This document shows, one piece after another, positions 51,977 through 64,000 of a DNA stretch of 64,000 nt; the first letter of the stretch is position 1, and the number at the start of each line of letters is the position of its first letter. The DNA comes from Marsupella aquatica (Eukaryota; Plantae; Marchantiophyta). The stretch lies in the NCBI GenBank assembly GCA_973895155.1, contig OZ316894.1, positions 25,666,709-25,730,708 on the forward strand, read 5' to 3'. A program made the translations under genes and the position numbers. A model generated the notes under the pieces. It worked only from the letters and a program-made list of their open reading frames with translations, made no database searches and was not told where the DNA came from.

Positions 51977-54900
51977 CTAATCTTCCTCATCAGCATCAGT
52001 TGAGTCACGTGTGTTGTCCACATCAGATTCTGGTGGAGCAGTACTAGGACCCCTTGAGGATGCTCTTGGATATGTCTTACCAAATCTTTCCTTTGTAGCC
52101 AGCAAAGTTGCTGACATGCCAGCTTTTAAAGCATTGTATTTGAAACCCCTAAATTTTGAGGAAACTAATTTCTTAGCTTCTGCCACTATGGTAATCTTGT
52201 TTAGTATAGTTGCCATATTATCATCCATATCAACTGTCACCTTCTTAGCTGACTTCTTAAGCTTCAAACATAAATCATAAATTTCAGAAGTATGCTTGAA
52301 TTGTGAATCATGTTCTGGAAATATCAGTGGATTTACATCACTGGTGTATCTTGGAGCCTTGACCCGAATCTACAAACCATCGAGAATGTTACTAATCAAG
52401 AACTTGACATAGTTCCATGATTGTAATCTTTCAAAGGTTACTACATGTTAGTAGAGAATAAACTTTGAATATGACCTCACGTTCTTCATGTATATATAGG
52501 TATAACTTTCCAGATTGGCCCATGTGCACTTTCCATTATAGATGTCTAGCATATTTATGCCATGACTCAGGCAGGTATAAAAATAATACATACATAGCAG
52601 ACCATATCAAGGAAATTGGAGCATTGGTCAAAGCCAAAACAAATAAACCATGATATATGCATATGCACCTAACTTTGGTGACTCCAAGCTTGCAAAAGTC
52701 TGCTGCATGTCCCCAGTAAGCCTATAATCTTCAATGTGATGTCAAATTGGGCCCAAATATCATGAAATGTGTCATCTTTATGTGGGTTTCACATTGATAA
52801 TTTAACATTGTGCACTACTCTGCAAATGATAGCAAAGCAAAGACAGATCAGACAGGTGAAAGCACACCAATATATATGGCATTTTTGGTATAAAACCTTA
52901 CCCTAGCTTGTTGCTCCAGGACATTATTTAATGCTTTCTCACACACAAGATAGAGCATTGTCCTTCCATCCTCGGACAACTGAACAAACAATGTAAGGCA
53001 TACAAGGGCTTGGAGAGACAAATAGAATCAAACCAAATTCAACATCTCTTTTGGATGAAGGACTCATTCCCTATGGCCAATGAAATCACCTCTACTCTTT
53101 GGGTGATTGCACACATTCTTCTTCTCATTTTCATAATCGATGGAATAGATGACCTCAAAGGTATGGGCCTCTTTTGACTTGAAGGCAAAGCATACAACAT
53201 TTACTTACAAACTACTACATTGGCTTTCACAGACAAACAACTTTGGTTCTACCAATGTGAAAAGTTTGCCTCAAATGAATTGGACAAGCCTTAGTTTGAA
53301 TAAAGCAATTTGGTTTCATGACTCTCCTGGGGCTAGAGGATCTGACAGTTAAGGAAGATTGAAGAGCTTCATCTAGCATCCTACAAAAGTGGTCAATAAA
53401 TAGGCCGAAAAGAAAGTGATATCAAATGCTTGAGCAGAATGATACAAGGCAAGGCCATTCAAAGAGATTGCTTCCTTTAAGGCATAAATGTAATTGATTT
53501 TGAAGTCCACACGCTCTGACTGGAAATGACATGTCAACACCTCTACTGAAAGTGACATGGCTGGATGCCAGGCAAAGATGAGCCAGATGGCCCTGACCTT
53601 GTGAAGATCTTGACCCTGAAGAAAAGCAATTTTTGACTCAAGCAATCCACATAGCTCTGTTGTTGCTTCCAGTTCCACTTGAAGCCTTTCTAGGATCTTG
53701 AAAGCATTATCGGTGAGCCTTTCTGTCATCCACATTTAACATAACTTATACATAGGGAAATGGCTCAATTTGATTGCAGATCTTCTGCCATTTATATGGA
53801 AAGGACTGGCAATGAATTATATATACACAAGCCAGAGAAAAAAATGTCAAGTATAGGAAAGAAGGGAACAAGAGGGGAGCAACTATATCCTTTCAAAGCA
53901 ATTGTGTCTCCATCACATCATTTGGACAGCTTGGAACAAATGGAAAATATGAGGGAAAATACAGCAGCACAAACTTTGAATAGAAAGAGTAACAATCATA
54001 AAAAAAGCACAAACAGATTTTTGCAAAAGTCAACGACTACTTAAAAGATTGGCAAAGTTGTTAGGAAAAACACAAATCACAAACCTGCAACATGTGGAGA
54101 CAGGATACTCCAAAGAGTAAGAGCACGCATAGCAGCACCTTCACATTCGTCAGCCTCGGCTTTGGCTGCCATAGTCTTGTCATGAATTGTGACTATTTCT
54201 TCTTTCACTTTTGCCAGCGCTTTCTGCTATAAATACATCCTCATATACTTCTGTCAAACTAAATTTCAAATATTTAGAGTGAACAGGGATGGTCATATTC
54301 AATGAGAATATGACAGACGTGACTAACAAGATTGACTTAGAGCTCAATTTCATAACAATGTACTAAGATCTTAGGCAGATCTCCTAGCATCATTAAACAC
54401 CATTTTAAACTTAGTTAGTGACAAAACAGGATATGAAAAAAGTTGAATATGGATCTGCATTTCTAACAGGGACTATATCTGTGTCCACATTGGGAGTTCA
54501 GTTAAGGAAGGACCCGAAGTGCCTCTGCTTCTTCACCTCGCACATCTAAAAGCATCCTTGCATATCCAGGTGTCTTGGGAAGCTTGGTACGCAGCTCACT
54601 CCCCATTCTCCATGACTTATGTAGCTGGGCTGCATGTGGAAAATGATGATTGGTTATATGACAAGATGGAGTGGCAACAGCGCCTGGTCCCCTTGTCTCA
54701 GTTCAAAAACCTCTTGTGAAATGGGGTCCCCTTCAGAGGAAATAAAAGAATTGGAAATCTGTACATGAATAATACTTACAAATTCATTGCAACAAAGTTG
54801 ACCACCACTTCAGCACAAAGACTTGCTTGAGGTTGGTGGATGTATAGTAACTATATGTTAGGTTGTACAATATGTGATGCTTGTACATCTTAATCTAGTT

Positions 54901-55821
54901 GAGAGGCAACTAGAGGCTAGAGAATGACAATACCCAGAAGATTCACATGTGTTTTGCCAGCAGTTGTAAACTTGTCTAGCCATTCTTCCTATTCACAATC
55001 ACAATACCACAAGCATGTCACAATGATTTGGACTACTTTGGTCTGCCTGGCATTGAAGAAGCAAAAACTACATCCCCTGCTATTTTCAAAGGGGGTAATA
55101 TTTCAGGTTTCAGCTTGGTATTTATCAAATCAGTGCAATCAATAATGTAGAAGCAAACTACATCACCAAAGCTTGCTTAGATGGCGCAGAGAGTATATGT
55201 GTAGCACGCTTCTCTCCAAATTGAGGCCCGACTTTCACAGTGATACACCATTTTCGCTGAGTTGAGACACCAGTCGCTACTGGTTCAGCAACTTCCAAGA
55301 TAGTACCCTCCATAGGAATAACACCCAAGGGCTGAGCATTTTCAATCTATCACAAACATCATCCATTCAGAGGCCTCTTGCTCAGAACAATGACAACACA
55401 GTTAAGACTTTACAAAAGGTGCAATGAATAATAATCAACTACCAAGTGCACATATCTGGTACATATTTGGAAAATTAAAACCATGGTATAGTTACTAAAC
55501 ATGCAGTTTTGATGCCTAACACTTATCCTATGTGGGAAACTCTAAACCAAGGAATTATTACTTGATAATAGGTGTATATTGGAAAGTCTGGAAAGAGATC
55601 CAGGTCTCATGAACATGCAATTTTTGGACAAATAGTGAGTTTTGAATTAAAGAAAAAATCTTAAATGAGAAGGCTACAAGTAAGATGTGTACATTAAGAT
55701 TATCTTTGAAGTAAAAGAGAGAGGAGCTCTGAAGAATGAAAAAGCGCAACTTCCAAGCAGCAAATGGTCCCCCCTTCCTGTCCAACCACCCAGCAACATC
55801 TGGGGCTGTCCACAATACTGA
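51977..55821 (-). CDS. PH-domain protein with downstream helical region; multi-exon, 5' end and middle exons uncertain
   Basis: Phase-compatible exons 55821-55693 (AGWLDRKGGPFAAWKLRFFILQSSSLFYFK), 55346-55167 (PLGVIPMEG), 54988-54934 (EEWLDKF), 54629-54514, 54226-54085, 53722-53598. Probable later exons near 52720-52675 and 52545-52483; terminal exon 52369-51977. Start probably upstream (~56500-56700). Structure at 52900-53520 unresolved. Confidence 0.62.
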
Positions 55822-56789
55822 CTGGAAGAAAAGGCAAGCCAAATCTCCTTTGAGTGAACATAGCGCAATGAAAATTAAAGCAGTAGACGGAAACCCAAGC
55901 ATGACAGGCAAAATCTAAGGAGTATCTCAAGATGGTTTCCAAAAGTACTTGCACTTGTGTTTTAGTTTTACATGTGATAAAGACAAATGAAATACAAACA
56001 TAGCCTAACCAGGGCATTGTTTTATCAAGAAATTTGTCTTGAATTGAACGAAGACCAAGTTCATATAATTATTTTCTACGAGCAGGGCAACTTTGAATTG
56101 AAGTTCCCCAGGCCAATGCTCAGCAAAGCAACTCTGCATGATAGATATTGTTGATTGGCTATTTAACTAGCATTGATTCATATTATTGATAACAGTTATT
56201 AGTGATCAAACAAAACAAGGTTTGGATGAAGTCTAAGTAAATCAAATCAGCTAAATAAACAGTTTCTAATTGTATTGTGGGACCAAAGAAAAACTCAAAA
56301 GCAGAATCCAAGATTGTCAACTTTTCAAGATGGTTAAAAGAACAGGCAGCTTGGTCCAAAATCACAAATCTTCATGATGACGCAAGCAGCTGTGGTTGTT
56401 CAGTCCATCAAATCACTACCACTCTAATTCTAATGTCTTCATATTTCAACACGTCAACAAATGCATTAATATTAGACTAAGAAATAATTGTTGGGAATGA
56501 CCTTAACCTCGTCCTCAAACGCATCACCTGATTTTTGAAGCGCCTGCCATGATTCCTTCCAAGAGCTGCGTTGCACAACTTGTTTGCCGATTCCAATGCC
56601 ACAACTCCTTCCGTGCAAGTTGATGCCATAATCACTTCCCCTTCCAAGCTCTCCAATTTTGAATCTGATGCTAGTCCCTTTCAGATCATGGAACAAATTC
56701 AAAACCACCGTGGAGGGACTTGGCGTGGGCTACTGTGGGGGCATGTTATGGCCTCACTAGCTCAATCCCCGTGCGTTGCACAAAAGAAG

Positions 56790-57540
56790 TCAAGTTGGCC
56801 AAGATGTCGTTAAAAAAAAGATGTCGTTGCAATCAAGAGGTCGTTGAGAGAAAACATGTCATGTCGGCCAAGAGGTCCCGGAGAGAAAAGATGTCGTGTT
56901 GGCCAAGAGGTCGTTGAGAAAAAAAGATATCGTGTCGGCCAAGAGTGAGAAAAAATGTGTCATGTCGGCCAAGAAGTTGTTGAGAAAAAAAATGTCATTT
57001 CGGCCAAGATGTCATCAAGAAAAAATTTGTCATATCTGCCAAGATGTCGTGTCGGCCAAGACATTGTTGAGGGAAAATACCAGTGCATTGCACAAAAGAT
57101 GTCGTTAAGAAAAAAGATGTCGTGTTGCTCAAGATGTTGTTATGTGAAAGATGTCATGAAATAAAAAGATATCATTATGTGAAAGATGTTGATAAGAAAA
57201 AGGTGTCATTTTACCAAAGATATTGTGAAGTAAAAGATGTTATAAGAAAAAAGATGTAGTTTCACCCAAGTTGTCATTATGGGAAAGATGTTATGAAATA
57301 AAATGTCAAGGAGAGAAGGAGCGAGTTTTTTTTCTTTGTTTTGTTTTTTTACCCAAAATGATTGTCCTTGCATTTGATTTACTAAACGATATTGTTTGTC
57401 AAAAGATATCAATGCATAAGATGAGGTTGTGCTAAAGATGTAGTTGAGAAAAATTACCATGTTGTTAAAGATAGCTTGAGTAAAAGATTTTGTTTGTTAG
57501 AAAGACCTCATTGCATAAAAGATGTTGTTGAGTAAAAAAA
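56790..57540. repeat. Degenerate ~30-33-bp minisatellite
   Basis: Many copies of GTC(G/A)TGTCGGCCAAGA(G/T)GTCGTTGAGAAAAAA, decaying rightwards into AAAGATGT variants. Confidence 0.8.
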
Positions 57541-60500
57541 TATCATGACTCAAAAGAGAGGTGACATCAACCACCAAAGTATAACACAGTGACAATGATT
57601 TTTCTCTTTGCTTTTGTCAGTTTTTCCTTTCAAAGCTCAACAAACCACCCCAAACCAAACCCCCCCCCCTTTGGTTCCTTCTGTTTTATTTTATTACTTT
57701 TTGGTCCCTTTTTCTCTCATTGATTAGATTATGCCCTAAACCTTGTATTATAGTTCTTGATGTTACCATTTGTAATGCTTTAGGAATGGCTTCCCAGACA
57801 CCTGCTCCACAGATCAAGCCCTTCCCATAGGAATCCAGTATCATCCCATCAAAATGATTCATCCCAGTTCAATTTTTATGTCCTAAAGCAATTGTGTGCT
57901 GCAAACACGGTTTGCTCTACAACCGAGAGGGCTTATCGAATCCAATAATGAACACCAATGTCACCTGAAGTACCCAACATTGTACTCAACGCTAAATTGA
58001 CAAAAAATGTTGTACATGATTAGGTTCTTGCTGTTTGTAAACAAATCATCCCTATTTTTGGCAGGATTACTTATTAGAGTGTGTGATGAATTAAGACTAC
58101 ATGTGTTTAATCTCTTCAGCTTCTGATCAAATTTGCATTACCTTGTTTATATCTGCCTTTGTGATCCCCTGCACATAATTCATGTTTGTATGCAATGTCT
58201 GGGCATTGAACAACATGACATCACATTTGTGTATATGCATCTTACTCATTATCCCTTCATTGAGATGCTGACTTCTATTCTTTCAGTACTTTTGCATACT
58301 AAACTTGCACACCTGATACCATGGCCACAATAACAGCGTCTCCCAAATGACACTATGTTGCAATGACATTATGAATGCAAAAACAATTATGCGACACATG
58401 GCCCTGGGCTACTATTGTATAGTTTCTTATTAATTAAAACTCACATCTGGTACATTTCCACTCTTTTTTGTCAGTACTTTCTGCCGCTCTCTTTAGTTTG
58501 ATTACTACTTTGTGCCAATTTTGTTCCACTTCTGATTAGAGAGCCACTAGCCTGACAAAAACCTGGTTCCACAGATTTCACCATTTTTAGTATTTTTTCC
58601 TGAAATTCCGGAGCAAAGTCCCACGGTAGAGATGAGGAATGTGAAAAAGAGAGAAGTCTTGGATACTTCTCCTTTTTGTATGGCTAGTGGTTTAAACTAA
58701 AGTAACTATAATAAACTCAAACAATTTGACAGTCAACATTCAGCCAGGATTCAAGCTCAGAATATGGTAATTGATGTCCTCTACCCTCATTGTGACACCC
58801 TTTTAACCCTCTACGTCGGGCTGGGTATCAAACCTTGCTTCCCAGCCAACCCTGGTTGGCTGCCCCACTCCCCCGTCTCCCCTGGTTAAGGGTGGTAGAC
58901 TGAGGATGTTGAGGCTAAGTTCATAATGTTGACCATTGGATGATTCCAAGCTAACCATAGCTACTTTGGTTAAGCAAAATAATGGGGGAAAACAGTGGCA
59001 ACATAGTATTTAAACTAACAAGAATAGCAAATAAGGCACATGTAATAACTAAAAAAGAGGGGCAATAAGGTAAATCTCAATATATTGAAATTGAAGAAAA
59101 GCCAGAAGTTTGTACCCAGATGTTCCTAGAGATGTTTTGTTGTCAAGACTCAAACCCAGGCCACTAGGGTGAAATACAGGCCCGGATGAGTGACCTCCTA
59201 ATCTACACTAGTCACCAGATGCATACTTGTGCAAAACACTGTTTATTTTCATTTCAGGAAATAACTCAAGGTGAGAGTATTACATAATTTAAATAGATAT
59301 ACATTGATCAAGATGCTTAGAATATTCTTAAAATTTACATAACAAAATTCTCTGAAGGTTTCACAAGGAGACTGCAAGATATTTTGCTAGTCAAGCCCAC
59401 AGTTCCAATAATTATTTCTTTATTGAGCAAACTGGGATGACACTATAAATAATGTTATTTTGTTAGTCAAGCCCAAAAATTCAATAATTATTTAGATTTA
59501 TTGCGCAAACCTCAACAACACTGCAAATTAGAGACGTTAGCACTAATCTATGTTTGTACAAAGTTTAGGGCATCACAACGGAACTGTAAAATCCTTATCA
59601 AAAGCTACTCTTGAGGGCCTAAGCTTGAGAGTAAAGCCAAAAAATGACAAAATTTAAAGAAAGAAAGGGTTCTGCCAAAAAAAAAATCACTTATAAGTTA
59701 GGGGGGTCAAACCCTAAAACGTCGCATGCGATGTATGGTCCTCCATGTAGTGACCCCCCGAGACGTTGTTGTGTTCCCGGTTATGTTGCCTGACACAACA
59801 CCTCGTAACACTCCGGCTCCAAAAGGGACCAAATGTCGCATATTTGCCTATATTCCCCGGCCAGTCCTGCACTTTCTTGAACCCCTCCCGGCTGGGTCCC
59901 AGGCTGCCCGGGCTGCCCCGGGCTCCCCTTCCCTTCCGTTCCCTGCCCTTCCCTTCCTGGCCAGGTTCCGGACTCCCCTTCCCGGATCAGTCCTGGCCCT
60001 TCCCGGCCACCTAGCCTGGCCATGCAGCAGCCCGACCCACACACCCACCCACCCATCCGACCGGCCCGATCACCCTGGCACCTGGCCCAGCCCGCCACCC
60101 GGCTGCGACCCCGACCCCAGGTGACCAGGCGGTCGGGACAACCGGGTGTGACGGATGACCGGGTCAAGACCCCTCATTTGCCAGGCAAGTCCGAATCGGG
60201 TCATTTGCCTGCCTTGGACGCAATCACTGTCCAAGTTGAGATGATCCCTGCTCAATGACCAAGGGGCTTGTGTGTACTTTTATTGATTATTTTGCTCAGA
60301 CATGGGTTGGGCTCTGAGCCTTGTGTTTGCCAATGCCAATATAATACCATTTCTTTCCACTCTTCCCCTCTTTCTATTGCTCTGCAGAGGGCACAAGCTT
60401 TCACTATTCTTCGTAGGGGAGAGGCGGTTGGTTTCCGGGCCTCTAGTGTGATTCCCTTGCTTGACCCTCCAATGCAGTTTATGCTCGAGCTCTACCAGGC

Positions 60501-61131
60501 ACTTCAGTTTACCGATAGGGAGGATGTAGGTTTGGGGTTTTTGGTTCCTTGGCTTTTCTTGCCTTGGGCCTTTGTGCTGGTCCTGTTGGCTTTTTGGCCC
60601 TTTGATTTTTCTCCCTTGATTGGGTTTCTTGCCTGAGGGATTTGTTTCTCAGTTGGGTGCTCTTTGTTTTTTGGCAGTTTGGTATATATATATAGCTTCA
60701 GATTCATCTTTCCCCAAAGGGACCAATTTGTCTCATAACCAATTCACTTTCCTACTGAATTAGAAAACCCCTCCCCTTAGTTCCCTACCCTGCAGGGAAA
60801 CACCGACTTGCTCGCCATTCTCTCCGTCCCCCGCTCCCCCCTCCTAGAAGCACCCATTTCCTCTTCCAACTCCAAAAAAGCCCATCTCTTTTGCCCACTT
60901 GTCATCCTGAAATAGCCAAAGAAGAAAGTGAAAAAAACTAAACCCTCCAGTCAGTTGGGCCTGAAGAATTCCCTGAAAAATGCACAAAGAAACACCCAAA
61001 ATCTCCACTCATTCCCACCATAAAAAAACCAATGCAACAACACTAGGAAGGCATTTCAAAAAGATTCTCTCCTGATTTTACTCATCTACTCTTATCACTC
61101 TACTAGTACGTTTGCCTTTCCCGTATTGTAC

Positions 61132-61530
61132 TTTTTCTGTGCTTTCGTTCCCTAAAGGAAAACTCTTCCTACGGCAGGATCATGCTTTTAAGTGAGGGAT
61201 TTGCTTGATGGGACCCCAAAATGAATAGTGTTACTTGATAGGACCCCTCAGTGATCCGGCCTTGATCCTTTTAAGTGAGGGATTTTCTTGATGGGACCCC
61301 AAAATGGATAGTGTTACTTGATAGGACCCCTCTGTGATCCTTTTTCTGTGCTTTCCTTCCTTAAAGGAAAACTCTTCCTATGGCAGGATCATGCTTCTGA
61401 GTGAGGGATTTGCTTGATGGGACCCCTCAGTGATCCGGCCTTTGATTGACCTTGAATAGACGTACCCAAAACTTCAAGGGTCCTATCAAATAGCACAATT
61501 CATTTTGGGTTCCCATCAAGAAAATATCTC
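61132..61530. repeat. Complex direct and inverted repeat cluster
   Basis: AGTGAGGGATTT.CTTGATGGGACCCC at ~61191, ~61274, ~61400. TTTCTGTGCTTTC..TAAAGGAAAACTCTTCCTA.GGCAGGATCATGCTT at ~61135 and ~61342. Inverted copy at ~61478-61530. Confidence 0.8.
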
Positions 61531-62129
61531 CTTTTTGAGTTTACCTGAAAGTTTTCTCTCATACATATGCAACGTCTGAGCATTCAAAGAAACAAATTTC
61601 AACTTGACTTTCACGCTGCTTGAGGAAGACCATACTTTAATTTCCATCCTTGAGATGGAAAAGGTGACGTGAAAGATATTATACATTTCTGAAGGTCTCC
61701 AACTCGTCCCGTTAAAAAGGCATAGATGTTTGGATAAGAATAATGTTGACACACAAAACTGCCAATGTGTGGTGCATATCCAACAAGTGATCTCATGAAT
61801 TTATCTACTGTACTTCAATCTTATCATCAATGGGTATACAGTCTGTCAGTGGGCTTAATTAAGGAGGTAAATTCAACAAAGCTTGCCCAAATGCTCGACT
61901 TGTTCTTTAGTTTTGTGTGAGAACAATATTCCTTCATAATTTTGCATTACTCTCGAATTTTAGGTTCGAAGCATTTTACATTGCTCTCAAACTTTTTTGG
62001 TGAAAACCTCCAGGCTGTCAACTTATCTTCTTACAGAGGATCAATTTTCACAGAGTCATTTTTATTGGCCTCCATGTTCGTCCGAAGGAACTGATAATTA
62101 GCTCCTCTATCTGATAATCTGACAGTTAT

Positions 62130-63196
62130 ATTGCATGGAGCCAGCCCTCAATTCTTCTGCCCTCGGAACTCCCTGGCAAAATGCCAACTTTGATGGACCA
62201 CCGGGTCCTGTTACATGTCATCTGGGCGAGGTTGTTCGTCACCCTGCTTCTTGTTCCGTGCAGATGCTTTGCAGGTACACTTTGTTTGAATCGTTTTTCA
62301 ATGGTCGGGACTGATGTTAATTCTGTACATTGACCCGGAGCTGTGTTGGCCGTGGCAACAGTGGGAACCGCGGTGTCACTTGAAAGTGAAAGATCAAACC
62401 GTAGTATGCCGGAAGCGCATGATACTGACAAAGGAGATTAATTTGGGCGAGAGAGAGAGTCCAGCAAGCGCTCCAGCATGAAGGGCGCTGAATGCAGCAT
62501 CATTCATTCATTTGGTGCGAAAATGGAGATTCCCGAGCCAGTATTTAGGGCTGCGAAGTCAACATCCGTGCCTGTGCTCCGCAACAAGCCGAGGAATGAA
62601 TTGTAATCCTTCCCTGCCTCCAAACAGCAGTCACATTAACTGCAGGAACCGGGGCTCGGAATCTCCTCGGGACGATGAGAATGTCGATTTTAGAGAAGCT
62701 GGGATCGGCGTCAAAATTGGCAAAATCGACGATGTGGGGAAAGTAGTGTTAGCCCACAAGGTAGCCCGGCCCATAGTTGTAGATGTTCACAAACCCAATT
62801 TTGCCGACGGCACCTCTCCATGGAGTTTGGAAATGGTAATGACATCCTTCAGTGATGCTCTCCAACATAGACATGGACGTATTCTTCGAGTCAATTGTAG
62901 CGAAGTCGGTAGCCCATTAGCGCGGAACCAACGTTTGGGTTTGCAGCAACAATCGCTGAGAATAGGGGTTCAGAAACAATGAAGACAGAAAAATAGGTGA
63001 TCATGCTATCGAGCTCGCGCATCATTCCTGTAATGACAAACATGCTAGTCATCTCACTGTATCTGGGATAACCTCCGAGCAACTCAGTCACATTCAGATC
63101 TGCATCCGTTGGCGTTGGCAGTAAACTGAGCACCATCACCGTGCCCACCACAACGAGACCTGCTGCTGACAGCCCCATTGCGTGCTGGCCCTTCAT
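62130..63196 (-). pseudogene. Fasciclin-like arabinogalactan protein (two FAS1 domains), frameshifted
   Basis: Signal peptide then LNVTELLGGYPRYSEMTSMF, LRYN, GFVNI, VNVTAVLEAGKDYNSFLGLLRSTG, GISIFAPN..AF, QYHAL. These FLA H1/YH motifs are spread across frames with stops. Confidence 0.75.
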
Positions 63197-64000
63197 GAAC
63201 AAACACCCTTGTCCAATGCTGAGCTCGTAGCAATGCAGAGATCTCACTCACCTAAACTTTATCCCAGCGCAGGCAACATGCTGCTGCTCTCAACAATGCA
63301 AGCTCAACGATAGCAAACTCACCAACAACCTCAAAATCCTTCACAGAGGCAGTCAACACTGGTTCCCCTTATCACCAAATTCGAAGGACACAATCGAGCC
63401 AGCTGAGCGCACCAGCTGAGCTACCGAGTTGAGCTACTGAGCTGCGCTGAGCACACAGAGAAGCTCGTCCGCGTCTGGTTGGAGAAGCACCGGCATGCGA
63501 ATGAGCTGGTCTTCTTTCCTCCTCAACTGAGACTGATGTTGGTGGAGCGCGCGGCGAGATGGATGCGCAAACAGAAGCGTGAACTGAACTGGAGCATGAG
63601 GGGATTGAAAGTTGCATAGATATGAAAGCAGGAGCTCGGGGGGCCGGGGGCGGGGGGCGGGGGGCGGGGGGCAGAGGGCTTTCGCTCGAGGGCCTTGGCA
63701 ACGGCCGGGAAGTGAAGTGTCTCGGTTCCCTGATGAGTGTGATGACTCTGATGCTGAGAAGGGGGCCCGCCGGAAGTCCGTTTCAACTTTCAAGATCTTG
63801 GAGATTGGACCCACCAGTACGACGACTCGAGGTCCGCGAATCGGCTGATACCAGTCGCGCACTTCCTTCCCGCAATGGCAGGATGCCGCCGCATCTGGTC
63901 CTGGCCATGATCCATCCCACGGGGATAGAGAGCTGCCACTGCTCTTGTAACCGCTAATTTGCTGCATTCTTCTCTTCGGCTGCATTTATGAATCTTTCTT

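Noticed and set aside
53400-53520. SWIM-finger-like pattern suggesting a MULE transposase
   Set aside because: Key Cys residues are absent and the segment lies within the PH gene's exon chain.
58791-59577. Possible gypsy solo LTR (TGTGACACCC...GGGCATCACA)
   Set aside because: Termini are suggestive, but the flanks (CTCAT/ACGGA) give no TSD and no PBS/PPT is adjacent.
59726-60707. Pro-rich and hydrophobic ORFs
   Set aside because: They arise from strand-biased low-complexity, repeat-like DNA; no domain or splice support.

Overview
Eukaryotic nuclear DNA from a land plant, probably a non-seed plant (inferred from gene families and intron style; species not determinable). Most ORF-track entries are spurious or fragments of spliced genes. 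Manual splicing supports five multi-exon genes: an O-fucosyltransferase-family (GT106/DUF246) gene (+, 2432-8320); a 66-aa single-TM protein whose only intron has minor-spliceosome (U12) signals (+, 16311-16790); a GIDP-motif R2R3-MYB (-, 33038-35929); an 18-exon conserved plant coiled-coil protein (-, 41254-48931); and an uncharacterised PH-domain protein (-, ~51977-55821+). A fasciclin-like AGP pseudogene lies at ~62130-63196. Intergenic space holds a full-length but disabled Bianca-type Ty1/copia element (23772-30336) inserted in a tandem repeat, a cluster of very small TRIM-like units, a decayed CACTA transposase beside a mitochondrial rrn18 NUMT and an EDM2-like PHD remnant, two TIR-bearing non-autonomous elements and several tandem duplications. 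No CRISPR array, intact tRNA or prokaryote-type system was seen. Family assignments come from motif recognition, not database searches.
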